Shown one piece after another: positions 49,166 through 60,445 of a stretch of DNA of 64,000 nt. The translations under genes and the position numbers were made by a program. Source of the stretch: Albugo candida. Taxonomy: Eukaryota. Position 1 is the first letter of the stretch; each line of letters starts with the position of its first letter. The stretch spans positions 248,001 to 312,000 of the forward strand of contig JBDOQK010000017.1 in NCBI GenBank assembly GCA_040437565.1. The letters are read 5' to 3'. The notes under the pieces were generated by a model. That model did no database searches and was not told where the DNA came from. It saw nothing but the letters and a program-made list of their open reading frames with translations.

Positions 49166-52100
49166 TTGTTTTGTCTGAAGCAAGTCCACTCAGAGCACTC
49201 TAATCTTTGGCGTGCATATAATCAGTTACATGGAGGGATTTGCCTATCCTGTAGCCGTGATTGACGATTTTATTGCTTTTTCTCTGGTAAACATTGAATA
49301 AGCTTTTGAATCTGAGATGCATTGAGCATGAAAAAAAATGAAAGGATGAGCTAAAACCACAGAGGACAATTTGCTTTTTTTGCATGGATCCGGAATTTGG
49401 AACCTCGATAAAGGCTTTAGCCCTACATGCCCGAAAGCTGTAAATCTGAAGCGAAGAACATTTCTTCGCATCGAGTACCTGATCAACTTGTGAGTTGAAT
49501 GTAATATCCAATGTCATCACTCTAATGCTGACTAACGAATAAGGTGCGGATATGTTTCAATTCAGTGCACAGCCTTGCGGACCAATCTCGTGGCTCACAG
49601 ATTCAATGGTAGGCACACCATCTTACGAAATCAAGTGTATGTCTTTTATACTCTCCTAAATCTTACGAAACTAGGAATTGTTAGATCTTACCGCGCACAA
49701 CATTTTTCGAAAAGATTGACAGGGTAATCGCATAAACGTGGACTAGATGCTTGAATCATCTCTCGAAGCACGAAGTACTGTGCCATACCAACTTCTCTAG
49801 GGAGTAAAATGCACTTGATTTTACTTGCAATGGAATATTTATTACGGTGAAAATGAATGTATCAATAAACTCGCTGAACATTAAGCAATTTATATGCTTA
49901 GCCACACACACCGATACCCGTTTTAAAATCAATTATCGTCATGAAGTAAGCGTTGCCTCCAGAACAGGATAGAGCTAATGTTCAATAAAACATGGAGTTT
50001 TGGAGAGGGAGAAGAAATACAATCAATTAAGTCTAATGGACCATTTCTCATACCATGTAACCTCGACCTGCTTAAGTATGGTTTAATGTATGATGGGTGA
50101 GCCTTCTTTTAGAAAATCAAAGATTTCCACGATACGCATGTCCTTTTAAAGATGATGTGTACCTTTGATTAAAATACATGCGCAATAATATTCCAAATAG
50201 CTGCTTCGGACGTTCTCCTTTTGAATGGCTAAATCGGAGCACTGTTGAATAACATACCAACGAAAAGACATTTGATCACTAATCTTGACTTTTACAGAGA
50301 TGCAGTGAGTGAACCGGTCCATTCGTTTGTGTTACAGATAAATGAAGTTCACCCTTATTCGTGTTGTAATAATCAACCTGCGTAGTTTGAATTTATACAT
50401 GCTGAGTTATCAGCTGTTTAGTCTTGGGTGTAGTATTTTATGACCAACACTTTCAAATGTTCATAATGAACGGACTGGAGGAAGCTAGAAGTGTTACCTC
50501 TAATCATAATACAAACTAAAGTTGATAGGGGCCAAGTTGAAATAAGCAGCATTTCGAACCCAAGAAAAGTATACTCTCTTGTCTCATAGAATATCAGGCA
50601 CGAGCCAGTGGTGAAAGTGATAAAAAAGATTCAGAATACTCGATGAACACAAAGGGATATCATTTTCTAACAGCTTCGTGTTACATCTTGATCCTGAGCT
50701 GTCGGAAATAGTAAGGATAGGTCTGTCTTTGCGCGTACAATGCGGAACGCGGTATTTATTCTAATCTAGTCAGCACTGGGCGACTATAAAACGACCGGGA
50801 GTTTTACAGTGATGTTGAGGTACTTTTGAAAGTCTTGCATACCCGTTGATAGGTGTTTCGCCAATGTTGGAGCATAAATACTAGAAAGGCTTTACTTATG
50901 GACGATTTATGCTCATGCCGAATTGAGAAGAAGAGTAGTATGTAACTTTCATGAACCTTGTGAGGAACCATGGTGAAGGTATGTTTGAGTGCTTGATTCA
51001 TTCGTTCGTATGACGAAGTGAAGCCGGATGTATAATTGAGGAAGTGATAGATAGATTCGTAGTAGTTCTATGGGGAAACTGTATTGAAACTAAGCATATC
51101 CGCATTAGATTGATGTAATCGCAGAGTAGCGGTATTCTACAATGATCTTAGTATGTCCCATAGAACACCATTCTTGAAATCCTTTCTGGAGAAAATCACT
51201 TGTTGCAAGATTTTCCGGAGTTATAGCAGTGACTAATCTTGAGTGTCTCTCCGATCTGGGGGAACATTTCAGAACGGTGCAAAAGCCTCCACGTACTTTT
51301 ATTCGGATAATTCTGCCTGCGCTTGTAAACCTCGTGCGTTTCCGTTTTGTTGCCTACTGAAGTTGTCAAAGTGTAATGTTTTGGCGACTATGACGGCAAT
51401 GCGAACGTTTCCAAATTGTCAAGACGCCGCCGTTTGAAAAGTGTACAAACCCGCGGCTTCCTGTCATAGATTTATGTCGAAGTAAGTACTAAAGATGAAC
51501 AGCATGAGAAATCAAAGACGATGAAAGTACACCCCGCTGCGCTTAGCGTAATATCATTTAGTCCAATACCTGAGCGATGCACTGAGAAGTAAGTGCGAAT
51601 GAAGACTGAATAATACAAACACATTCAACTGGAGATGGCATTAGCAGCCGAGTGAATTACAGCTTTCTATCAACATTTGCCGAGGAATCACATGAATTGA
51701 TTTTAGATGAGAGGCTCGTTTTTGTTGATGGAAAGATCAACGAGCAATTCATTTCAATAGAATTATCAATAGAGTGAATATGCGCATGATGCCACTATTT
51801 AGCTCAAAAGCCAATAACATCTCATAAAAACAACGTCGCACTTCCTGCTGATTTGGGATGTACTGCAGACTTCGGAAGTTGTCAACCCCATTTCAGAAAA
51901 ATTTCCTGCATTTATTGCACGAGATGGAAATGAAACTTCAGCAACGCTACGAATATATATATATATCCTAATATGAGTTAAGTCTCCAAATCTCCGAAGC
52001 TTTTATCCATAGCGCGCTCGTTCCATAACAGTCATACTTTTGGTGGTACACAGTATGCCTTCACCTGTCCATTCTGAAGACACGTTGGAAAATCGGCAGA

Positions 52101-53155
52101 AAATGTCGGTTTGCTTTGTGTGAGCAGCGATGATCATCGCATATAATGATTCGTATCGCTATACGACAAACGTGAATTGCTTCAAAGAGTAGCCGATGCA
52201 GAAGGAAACTTTCTTAACTGTAACGCACTTGTACCGATGTATGCAATTTGATATGTGTTTGTATCGTACTCTCCATCGATGTTGTATGTATCCAACGTTT
52301 TTCGGACAATTCGGTGATTTTTATAATGTCTGAAGAAGATACTTTCCATAACTTTACACGCGTCTTCTAATATCTAAGACATGTATTTGCAGGTCAAATC
52401 TCTGCATGACTTTCCACGCGTTCAATGGAGTGAGCTTTTAAGAACGCTACTAATGAGAAATATGCGTACAATGCGAATCCTATGTAAAATTCTAGATGAT
52501 GCGCTAAACTACGACAGACAAATCCTTCAGTCTTCATAAAATCTCCAGTTCTTCCCATATAAACGGTATGCGAATACTCCTTTTCCACTAACTTTATCCT
52601 CCCGATATTGTACACAAAATCGTAGAAACCCTTCCGTTCACCGTACAAGTAATCGATGTCATGCATTTTAACTAAACTACAGCTTGTCGGGTAAGCAGAT
52701 AAACAAAAATAATCTACCAAATACACTCTTTGTCTGCGTGAATCTAAACCACTGACGATTTGTTGGTAGTCATGGTGTACTTATGGTGAACGTCTTCGAC
52801 ATCTGACCACTAAAATACGTAAAAATCTTAAGAAGTCACTCGTTTCAACGGCAGAAAATTCGTTGGCTATCTGCGTTCTTTTACCTCGAAACTGACGTCT
52901 TTTTTTAGTCAGCTCCAAATTTTAACACCATTTCTTTCTCCAGTCTGCTCCTTACGTAAACGACCCAAAAGAAAGAACAAAACATTGTTCTAATCCGTAG
53001 AAGAAATATCGATTGGTGGAGAACGTCCCTTCCTTCCTTCGATTTTATAATCAGCGCAGATAAAATTTACCGTACAACTACCTAAAAAAAAAGAAACTTT
53101 GTATGGAAAGACGGAGTTGACAATTGTGATGGAACATATTTAATTACAACAACAT

Positions 53156-54175
53156 TTACTTTTCCTTCTTTGGTTCCTTACGATCCTGAACAGCTTGCTG
53201 CAAAGAATGAACTGTAGCATCTTTACTTTCCTTCATCATTCCTTCCAGCGTCCTCTCCTTCTTCTTCATGTTCTTAGCTGCTGCCTTCCATTTTTCTGGA
53301 TTGCGACGGCGATGAAGGAAAATCGCGATCGCAAATGCGAGAAGAGGAACAATCCACGCAGCGTGATGCGTGCAAGCTTTATATCCCATCGGAAGTGACA
53401 CACACCGATTCTCGGCAACTTTTGCTGTATTCATCTTCCCATACACCGTATCTTTGACTCTTCCTTGCGCGTGATCCGCAGTTTCCTTGGTTCGCTCTCG
53501 AGCGTCATTTGTCCACTCACGAGCATCTTTAGTACGCGCTCTTGCGCGTGCACTCCATTCATCCAATTGCTCGTGAGTGTGCTCACTAAGCTTGCCCAGT
53601 TTCTCCTTAGTTTTCTCCCCCAATTCCTCTGCTCGATTCATTGCGTTCTCTGCAACGCGGCGCGCGTGATCCCTTGCATCTTCCATTCGTCGCCGCGCAC
53701 CCTCAGCATAATCGCTCATGGTCTCACGAGCAGATTCGCTGTATTCACCAGCACGGTCACGAACGCTTTCCCCATACTCTCCAGCTTGATCCCCTGCAGC
53801 ATGCCCTCTGTTGCGCGCTTGGTCGGTGAGGCCTCCGACACGATCCCGAACAGCTTCACCATACTCTCCCAAGCGTTCTTTGGCATTGCGACTGACATCA
53901 CTCGCTTGCTTACCGAATTTATTCATTTTTGCGCGCGCCGAGTCGCTATACTCCCCAAACGTCTCATGTGATTGTTTCTTTGCATCTTCGGCGTACTCTT
54001 GCACCCGGTCTCCAATGTGCTCGCTGGTCTCTTGCGCCTTACGCTTCCCGTACTCAACCCCTTCAATGGATCGCCGTTTTGCATGATCCGCTTCATTTTT
54101 GATCTGGTGGGCTGATTCTCGAGACCGATGGCGCGCGTCTCGTTCCAATTCATCAAATCGATTTTCCGCTTGCAT
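53156..54175 (-). CDS. LEA (group 3)-like hydrophilic repeat protein with one C-terminal hydrophobic segment
   Basis: Intact 339-aa ORF rich in A/E/R/K/G, with 11-mer repeats GEYGESVRDRA/GEYSESARETM/SDYAEGARRRM and a hydrophobic AAWIVPLLAFAIAIFL segment. INR/FPR-like TCAGTACTCAATTTGCA lies upstream. Confidence 0.85.
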   Translation of the reverse strand: MQAENRFDELERDARHRSRESAHQIKNEADHAKRRSIEGVEYGKRKAQETSEHIGDRVQEYAEDAKKQSHETFGEYSDSARAKMNKFGKQASDVSRNAKERLGEYGEAVRDRVGGLTDQARNRGHAAGDQAGEYGESVRDRAGEYSESARETMSDYAEGARRRMEDARDHARRVAENAMNRAEELGEKTKEKLGKLSEHTHEQLDEWSARARARTKDAREWTNDARERTKETADHAQGRVKDTVYGKMNTAKVAENRCVSLPMGYKACTHHAAWIVPLLAFAIAIFLHRRRNPEKWKAAAKNMKKKERTLEGMMKESKDATVHSLQQAVQDRKEPKKEK

Positions 54176-54243
54176 GTCCGAAATCTCTCAGAGTTTGTAT
54201 GCAAATTGAGTACTGAGACGTTAAATGGAAAGCTTTGAGACTC

Positions 54244-55257
54244 TCAACCGTCGGTTTCCTTCTGCGCGACACGTAGGGATATGTGACATGTCAACGAGAC
54301 TTTCGGAAGCGTTTTTGCGACAATTGAAAACTCGGAAAAAAAATAGAAATTGACATATTTTTTCGGTCGTTTTGTCATTCGAAAATGTCGCTTGGGGTTA
54401 AGTGCGGGTACCTATGTAAGATACGGGCGTACGTAACGATGGGGTGGGAATATAGCGAAGATACGGTGCAAATGATAGTAAATGCGCTCGTACTTAAAGA
54501 ATGTATCGAGCTCGTGCGCAAGTAGACGCGATCGCCGCGTGCCCTTGGGGAGCGATTCGACAGGATGTCGATGACGGAATCGTATCACGCGCATATGTGT
54601 TTGAGCACGATAAACCGGCACTTCTTACTGTAGCGTATTCGTGTCTAGAAGGTAATTATTGGGGAGGTGGAGTAGCGCTCGTTGATGCGCGAAGTGACTC
54701 NNNNNNNNNNNNNNNNNNNNNNNNNNNNNNNNNNNNNNNNNNNNNNNNNNNNNNNNNNNNNNNNNNNNNNNNNNNNNNNNNNNNNNNNNNNNNNNNNNNN
54801 TCAACCGTCGGTTTCCTTCTGCGCGACACGTAGGGATATGTGACATGTCAACGAGACTTTCGGAAGCGTTTTTGCGACAATTGAAAACTCGGAAAAAAAA
54901 TAGAAATTGACATATTTTTTCGGTCGTTTTGTCATTCGAAAATGTCGCTTGGGGTTAAGTGCGGGTACCTATGTAAGATACGGGCGTACGTAACGATGGG
55001 GTGGGAATATAGCGAAGATACGGTGCAAATGATAGTAAATGCGCTCGTACTTAAAGAATGTATCGAGCTCGTGCGCAAGTAGACGCGATCGCCGCGTGCC
55101 CTTGGGGAGCGATTCGACAGGATGTCGATGACGGAATCGTATCACGCGCATATGTGTTTGAGCACGATAAACCGGCACTTCTTACTGTAGCGTATTCGTG
55201 TCTAGAAGGTAATTATTGGGGAGGTGGAGTAGCGCTCGTTGATGCGCGAAGTGACTC
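54244..55257. other. Gap-flanking duplication 54244-54700 = 54801-55257 (likewise 9851-10445 = 10546-11140 and 61472-61547 = 61648-61723)
   Basis: Identical sequence on both sides of 100-N gaps. Confidence 0.85.
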
Positions 55258-56311
55258 ACAATGTGGTTGGGAACAAGTGTGTGGTTTTCAATATGATTCT
55301 GGAATCAGTAATTTAGTGTGGTGCGGCGAAAAAAGTAATTTAGTGGCATGTGCATGCGATAACGGCGATATCGAAGTGTTACAGCTGTCTTCGGATGTGG
55401 AGTTTGCATTTCATCCAGTAGGAAATGGGTCAGGTGTCGGGGGAATGTGCACACAGCAAGGGAGACATGGCGATGTGGTCACGGGGATCTCTGTGTCGCC
55501 ATTTGACTCGACTCGTCTTGCATCCTGCAGCTGGGATTTAAGGTTAGTGTGGTCCACTTTATTCATCTAAATGGCTGACTCGATTATAGTGTGAAAGTTT
55601 GGGATCTTGCATCACGTACCGCGGCTCAAGTAACATTAGGTAGGAGTGATGGAAGAGTCATTGTTGCATGAAAGTAATCTTTTGTGTAGACGGACACACC
55701 GATCTTGTATGGTGTGTGGCATGGAGTCCTTGGACACCAAGTATCCTGTCAAGTGGTTCGCAGGATAGCACAACGCAATTGTGGGATGAACGAGTTGCTA
55801 GTATGAATGCAAATATCCTCACATTGCATTCATCCTGTCCTGTTTTGTCGTTGGATTGGCATCCGCATCAAGAAACGATCATTTCGGTCGGTTTGGAAGA
55901 CGGTACTCTCTCGACATTTGATATCCGAAAATCAACCAATCCGCTTTTCGAACAGGTGAATCTTGTTATATAGCAAAAACACTCTGGTAACTAACGGTGT
56001 TATCGCAGGCGCTGCACGACCGTCCCATCCACGCGCTACGGTACTCTCCGTTCCACGCGGATTTAATCGCAACCGCCAGTGATGATGCAACGATTCGCGT
56101 GACAGATCGATCTCAGGCCGCTTCGACTATGCGGATATCAAGCAGCGTCGTAGCCCATCACCGAGATTATGTGCGCGGATTGGATTGGTACGCATCAACA
56201 CGAAATCGTTTGCCTGAGAAGCAGGTATTTCTTGTCTCAGGATCCTGGGATAAAACTGTTCGAAACCATCCGATCGAAATGTTTGCAAGCAGTCAGCCCC
56301 CCGGATTTTAA
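55058..56311 (+). CDS. WD40 repeat protein, WDR77/MEP50 (methylosome protein 50)-like, multi-exon; true start may be ATG 54942
   Basis: WD repeats (HGDVVTGISVSP..LASCSWD, GHTDLVWCVAWSP..SGSQD..LWD, HRDYVRGLDW..SGSWDK). N-terminal SCLEGNYWGG resembles the WDR77 SxLxGRxWxG motif. Confidence 0.82.
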
Positions 56312-56488
56312 CTTTGGTAAATAACAGTGGGAATGGAAATGACGTGGTACACACGATAGATTGCGAATCGAGACATGAGCGTTGCCGTATTCGATGATCC
56401 GCGACACGCCATTGATTGATGTTTGACTTTGAATGAATTCCTCACAATTGTCATAAACTGTTTTGCTCGCTGATACCCAGTAAGTCTG

Positions 56489-57055
56489 ATGGCGCGCGGA
56501 GTTTTAAATTGGACGCAACTTTTACTGCGTTTTTTGCAATTTGCGTTTTCTTTGGTCGCGTTAATTACGATTTCTGCGGGTTTTGTACCCACAACGTATT
56601 ATGGATACTCGAGTATGCTTGGAAGCAGTGCGGCGACATACCTGACGATTGTGACGTATACCGGGATGGTATACGGTGCAATAATGCTTTTGTTCTTGCA
56701 CTTATTTTCGCTTTTGAGCATTTCATCTCTGGCACAATTGATAATGGATACATTACTTACGATTTTATTATTGGTAGCTGCCATTGTTTATTTACTTTCC
56801 GACTACGTGAATAATTGCAGTGTGTATGGGTATTTATTACGGTGTCGAAGCATGCGAACTGCGGTGATATTTACATTTCTAGCCATGGCCGCATTCCTTG
56901 CATCGGCGCTTTTGGATCTGTGTGGATTTGGCAAGAAACGAACAACGGCTACCGCAGAGCCCGTGGCGACACCATCCGCGACAAGGGATCCGTATCATAC
57001 GGAACGTACGCCTGAAGCATATGCAACGCATACCACTTCGGATGACAAAGTATAA
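56489..57055 (+). CDS. MARVEL/CASP-like four-TM membrane protein
   Basis: LLLRFLQFAFSLVA, MLGSS and SDYVNNC-x8-C; a fourth paralog. Confidence 0.88.
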   Translation: MARGVLNWTQLLLRFLQFAFSLVALITISAGFVPTTYYGYSSMLGSSAATYLTIVTYTGMVYGAIMLLFLHLFSLLSISSLAQLIMDTLLTILLLVAAIVYLLSDYVNNCSVYGYLLRCRSMRTAVIFTFLAMAAFLASALLDLCGFGKKRTTATAEPVATPSATRDPYHTERTPEAYATHTTSDDKV

Positions 57056-57094
57056 GTGCGTTTTTAAAAAAAAAGTACAATCGTAATTAGTGCG

Positions 57095-58090
57095 TCAAAT
57101 CTTCTCCGTTAATTCCGGAAGCAACTGAAATAAATCGCCTACGAGACCATAATCGGCGACTTGGAAAATAGGAGCTTCTTCGTCTTTGTTGATAGCCACG
57201 ATAGTCTTGCTGTCCTTCATACCCGCGAGATGCTGAATCGCGCCAGAAATACCCACTGCAATGTATAACTCGGGCGCCACCACTTTACCGGTTTGTCCCA
57301 CCTGGAGCTCATTTGGAACAAAACCTGCATCCACTGCCGCACGTGATGCTCCGACTGCACCACCAAGTTTATCAGCGAGTTTGTATAACAAATCGAAATT
57401 TTCACCACTTTTTAACCCACGACCACCGGATATAACAACTCGAGCAGCAGTTAAGTCAGGGCGCTCGGATTTGCTGATTTGTTCACTCACAAATTCTGAT
57501 TTTGACGAATCAAATTCAACTGTTGAAACTTGCTCTGCCGCAGCTTTTCCGCCTTCGGTGCCCATTTTTTCGAATCCTGTCGGACGAACAGTGATAAGCT
57601 TGACGGTATCAACGGATTGTACTTTAGAGATGGCGTTCCCTGCGTATGTTGGACGCACAAACGTATTTTCATTGACAACTTGTATGATATCTGATATGGG
57701 CGCTACGTCCAGTTTCGCACCTAAACGTGGTAAGTAATTTTTCGACGAGTTCGATGTCGGTGCCAAAATGTGTGAAAACGAGTGTACTTGCTGCAGAGAG
57801 TACAGTAGCTCCACCATATTTTCCGCTAACTCGTGATCGTACTTTGGGTCGTTCGCGTGAAGCACTTTGGTCACACTTGGAATTTGACATGCACTTTGAA
57901 CGATACTTCCCGTGTCATTGTGAGACCCACATATAAGAAGCGTTATATCTTTTCCCAATTGATGTGCCGCTGTTATCGTGCTTAATGTGGCCCCAGAAAG
58001 CACCTTCCCGTTGTGGTCTGCCAGCACAAGAGAGGAGAAGCATCGGGAGGATGAGAATGCACGTAATGAGGGCACAAAACGATGCCACAT
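57095..58090 (-). CDS. ETFA: Electron transfer flavoprotein alpha subunit, mitochondrial
   Basis: FVRPTYAGNA, ISGGRG, GASRAAVDAG, QVGQTGKVVAPELYIAVGISGAIQHLAGMKDSKTIVAINKD. Has an R/S-rich transit peptide and a probable 5'-UTR intron (58091-58139). Confidence 0.97.
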   Translation of the reverse strand: MWHRFVPSLRAFSSSRCFSSLVLADHNGKVLSGATLSTITAAHQLGKDITLLICGSHNDTGSIVQSACQIPSVTKVLHANDPKYDHELAENMVELLYSLQQVHSFSHILAPTSNSSKNYLPRLGAKLDVAPISDIIQVVNENTFVRPTYAGNAISKVQSVDTVKLITVRPTGFEKMGTEGGKAAAEQVSTVEFDSSKSEFVSEQISKSERPDLTAARVVISGGRGLKSGENFDLLYKLADKLGGAVGASRAAVDAGFVPNELQVGQTGKVVAPELYIAVGISGAIQHLAGMKDSKTIVAINKDEEAPIFQVADYGLVGDLFQLLPELTEKI

Positions 58091-59060
58091 CTATCGCATA
58101 TGAGTCGTTAAGACGAGAACGAAGCGTAGCATTATTTACCTTTTGAAAGATCGCTCGAGTTTGAAGAATAGCTGTATTAGAAGACGGTATGTACCGTGAT
58201 TATATAGTTGAGTGGTTAAGGAAACATAATTTCTGTGAGAGACACGCGACATGTTCGTAAACGCACTTTAAAGGCGTGTTTGGATGCCCGCTAACAAAGT
58301 TCGGAGTTTTGCTCCTCTCAATTAATTGCTGTGAATGCATTTGATTTAACGTATCTTTGTGCGTTGCTATAAATGCGATTTGTGATGTAAAAACCAGTTT
58401 CTACTGTGTGCGCGTGTTCTCCGGACGAGCATGAAATTGGTGTCATTTACTCGTTGAATTCTCGGTTGGCTCAAGTTCGATACTTTTCTTCCCGCTGATT
58501 CCTCCCTTAATTAATGTTGCATCTCAGAACGGAAGGAAAGGTCAGTTGGTCTTCTTTCGAGTATAATATAACCTCAGCCAAGTGCGGTGAGATGGCTTCA
58601 ATAGGTTTTTTTTCGAACTTGGCGTTACGTGCGCCAACAATTTCTACATCAACACGGAAAACGTAACCCTTATAAATCGTAACGATTTCAACACGAAAGT
58701 CAGATACGTGTTATAAAGTAAAAATAAAACCTTATTGGCTTGCCGTCGCGCAACGCTTTTACACTTTTTATTTTAGCAAGTTGTCAACAAAACTTACCTG
58801 AGTACCTCGCTGTGTCAACTGAGGATATCACATAACCAAATTCACGAATTCGAGTTACAAATCCACTGCAACGTCTTGTAACCTCTGCACGTATCATCTC
58901 TCGAACCAACCAAAGTGCGACCATCGAATTGTATATGCGTTAATCGCTTACATTACGACCACATCTCAACGAATCAAAACAAAATTTCGCACTGTGTCAA
59001 GATCAACAAGGAAGCGTACTTATTTGGATCAAACGATACTTTATCCTCCGCACATATCCA

Positions 59061-59627
59061 ATGGAAATTGCCGTAAATGTTCGCGATTTTCTCGTCGGAA
59101 TGAAGGAGACGATAACGACCAGCGAAGAGGAAATGCTCAGCAATCTACAGGACCTACATGAGCAATTCACAGAAATTATGAACGGCTTTGAAGATCAAGT
59201 TTCTGCACACGCACTTAGCATGAGTCCGGAAGCGCGAATTGTTGCACACGAGTTACGTGTTCGAATGTATCAAGACTGGCGAGCCAAATTAACCGAATAT
59301 GTGTTTCTAACCGCATCTTCCGAAGACGTGTCGAATGAAGACGCAGACAATGCAGAAAAAGTAGAGGAAAAAGAATCACAATACCAGCGCGACTCGCTCA
59401 TGAGCAGTATCAAGGATAGGCTAGAATTATTTCAATCGGTTGTGAACGACTACATTCAAGTGAGCACGCAGGTCCGAACCAAACGACCCATTCTGGCCCC
59501 CGCAGTATCGAGTCCTACTTCGATGAACAAACGCCCGCTTGATTCAGATGTATCTGATTTCGAATCGGATTCCTTCATTTTCGAAATCCCTCATTTTTTA
59601 TGTGGTCCCACCTTGAATAGTGTGTAG
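59061..59627 (+). CDS. Hypothetical acidic helical protein
   Basis: 188-aa ATG-initiated ORF with natural-looking composition; no family recognised. Confidence 0.65.
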   Translation: MEIAVNVRDFLVGMKETITTSEEEMLSNLQDLHEQFTEIMNGFEDQVSAHALSMSPEARIVAHELRVRMYQDWRAKLTEYVFLTASSEDVSNEDADNAEKVEEKESQYQRDSLMSSIKDRLELFQSVVNDYIQVSTQVRTKRPILAPAVSSPTSMNKRPLDSDVSDFESDSFIFEIPHFLCGPTLNSV

Positions 59628-60445
59628 CCGAAAGATGAATCATAATAGTGTGAGATTTCCAAAGTACGAATTGATTGAATGAAACGATCTAGATTTCTCG
59701 TGCACGCTGTAGCACTTGCTTTTTGCTTTGCCCTTGAAAAGAAAGAATGACACGTGCGATGAAAAGACAACAAACGCCACTGATTCGATATTTTGTGTGA
59801 GAAAATTGAGGAAAGGACAGACTCACCGTTAGGAGTGAGTGTGAAATTTACGGAGAAGTGTGGGTATTGCACGAAACGCGCTCTAACGCTAGCTACATAA
59901 CCTAAGTACGATGTCATGGAGGTACACTTGGATGTAAATATTCATAAGGAAGAAGACCGAATATTGTGTTTTGTATGGCTATAAACAAGAAGCGCGTCTT
60001 GGATAGCAGACATGCGGTTGGTTGTTTTGTTACATTTGTGCGTACATAAAACATTTTAGGTACCCTCCCTGTATTTATAAATAACAATATTGAAACATGC
60101 AGTCACTAGTCAATGACTCAACACTGTAATTTACCGTGCAGGGAACGCTTGACATCTAAAACCATCTACACGGGTCCAATTCACTCTGCATCGATGCCGT
60201 AAGTCACTTCGCACTGATTGCAATATAACGTCTTAACGGTATAGACAACAGCGATGTAAAGAAATTACAACTTGCGTGCTGTAGGGTCAATAACCCTCTA
60301 TCTCAATAGTGCGCGGGCCCATTTCACCATATACTGTGATTCATACTATACCCTGTTCCACACGGGTAGAGCATCGAGCAGTCAGGTGTTATGAGCTGAA
60401 TAGAATTCATTACGGTATTTGTTTCGTCACGAAACAATTGTTTAG

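Larger units (their letters stand above)
46572..54247 (-). repeat. Segmental duplication block B (inverted relative to A)
   Basis: Reverse-complement homology to 34400-42770 in the same module order. Confidence 0.88.

Noticed and set aside
57095..58090. ETF-alpha as bacterial contamination or recent horizontal transfer (intronless CDS)
   Set aside because: It has a mitochondrial transit-like N-terminus and a probable 5'-UTR intron, and it sits among eukaryotic genes.
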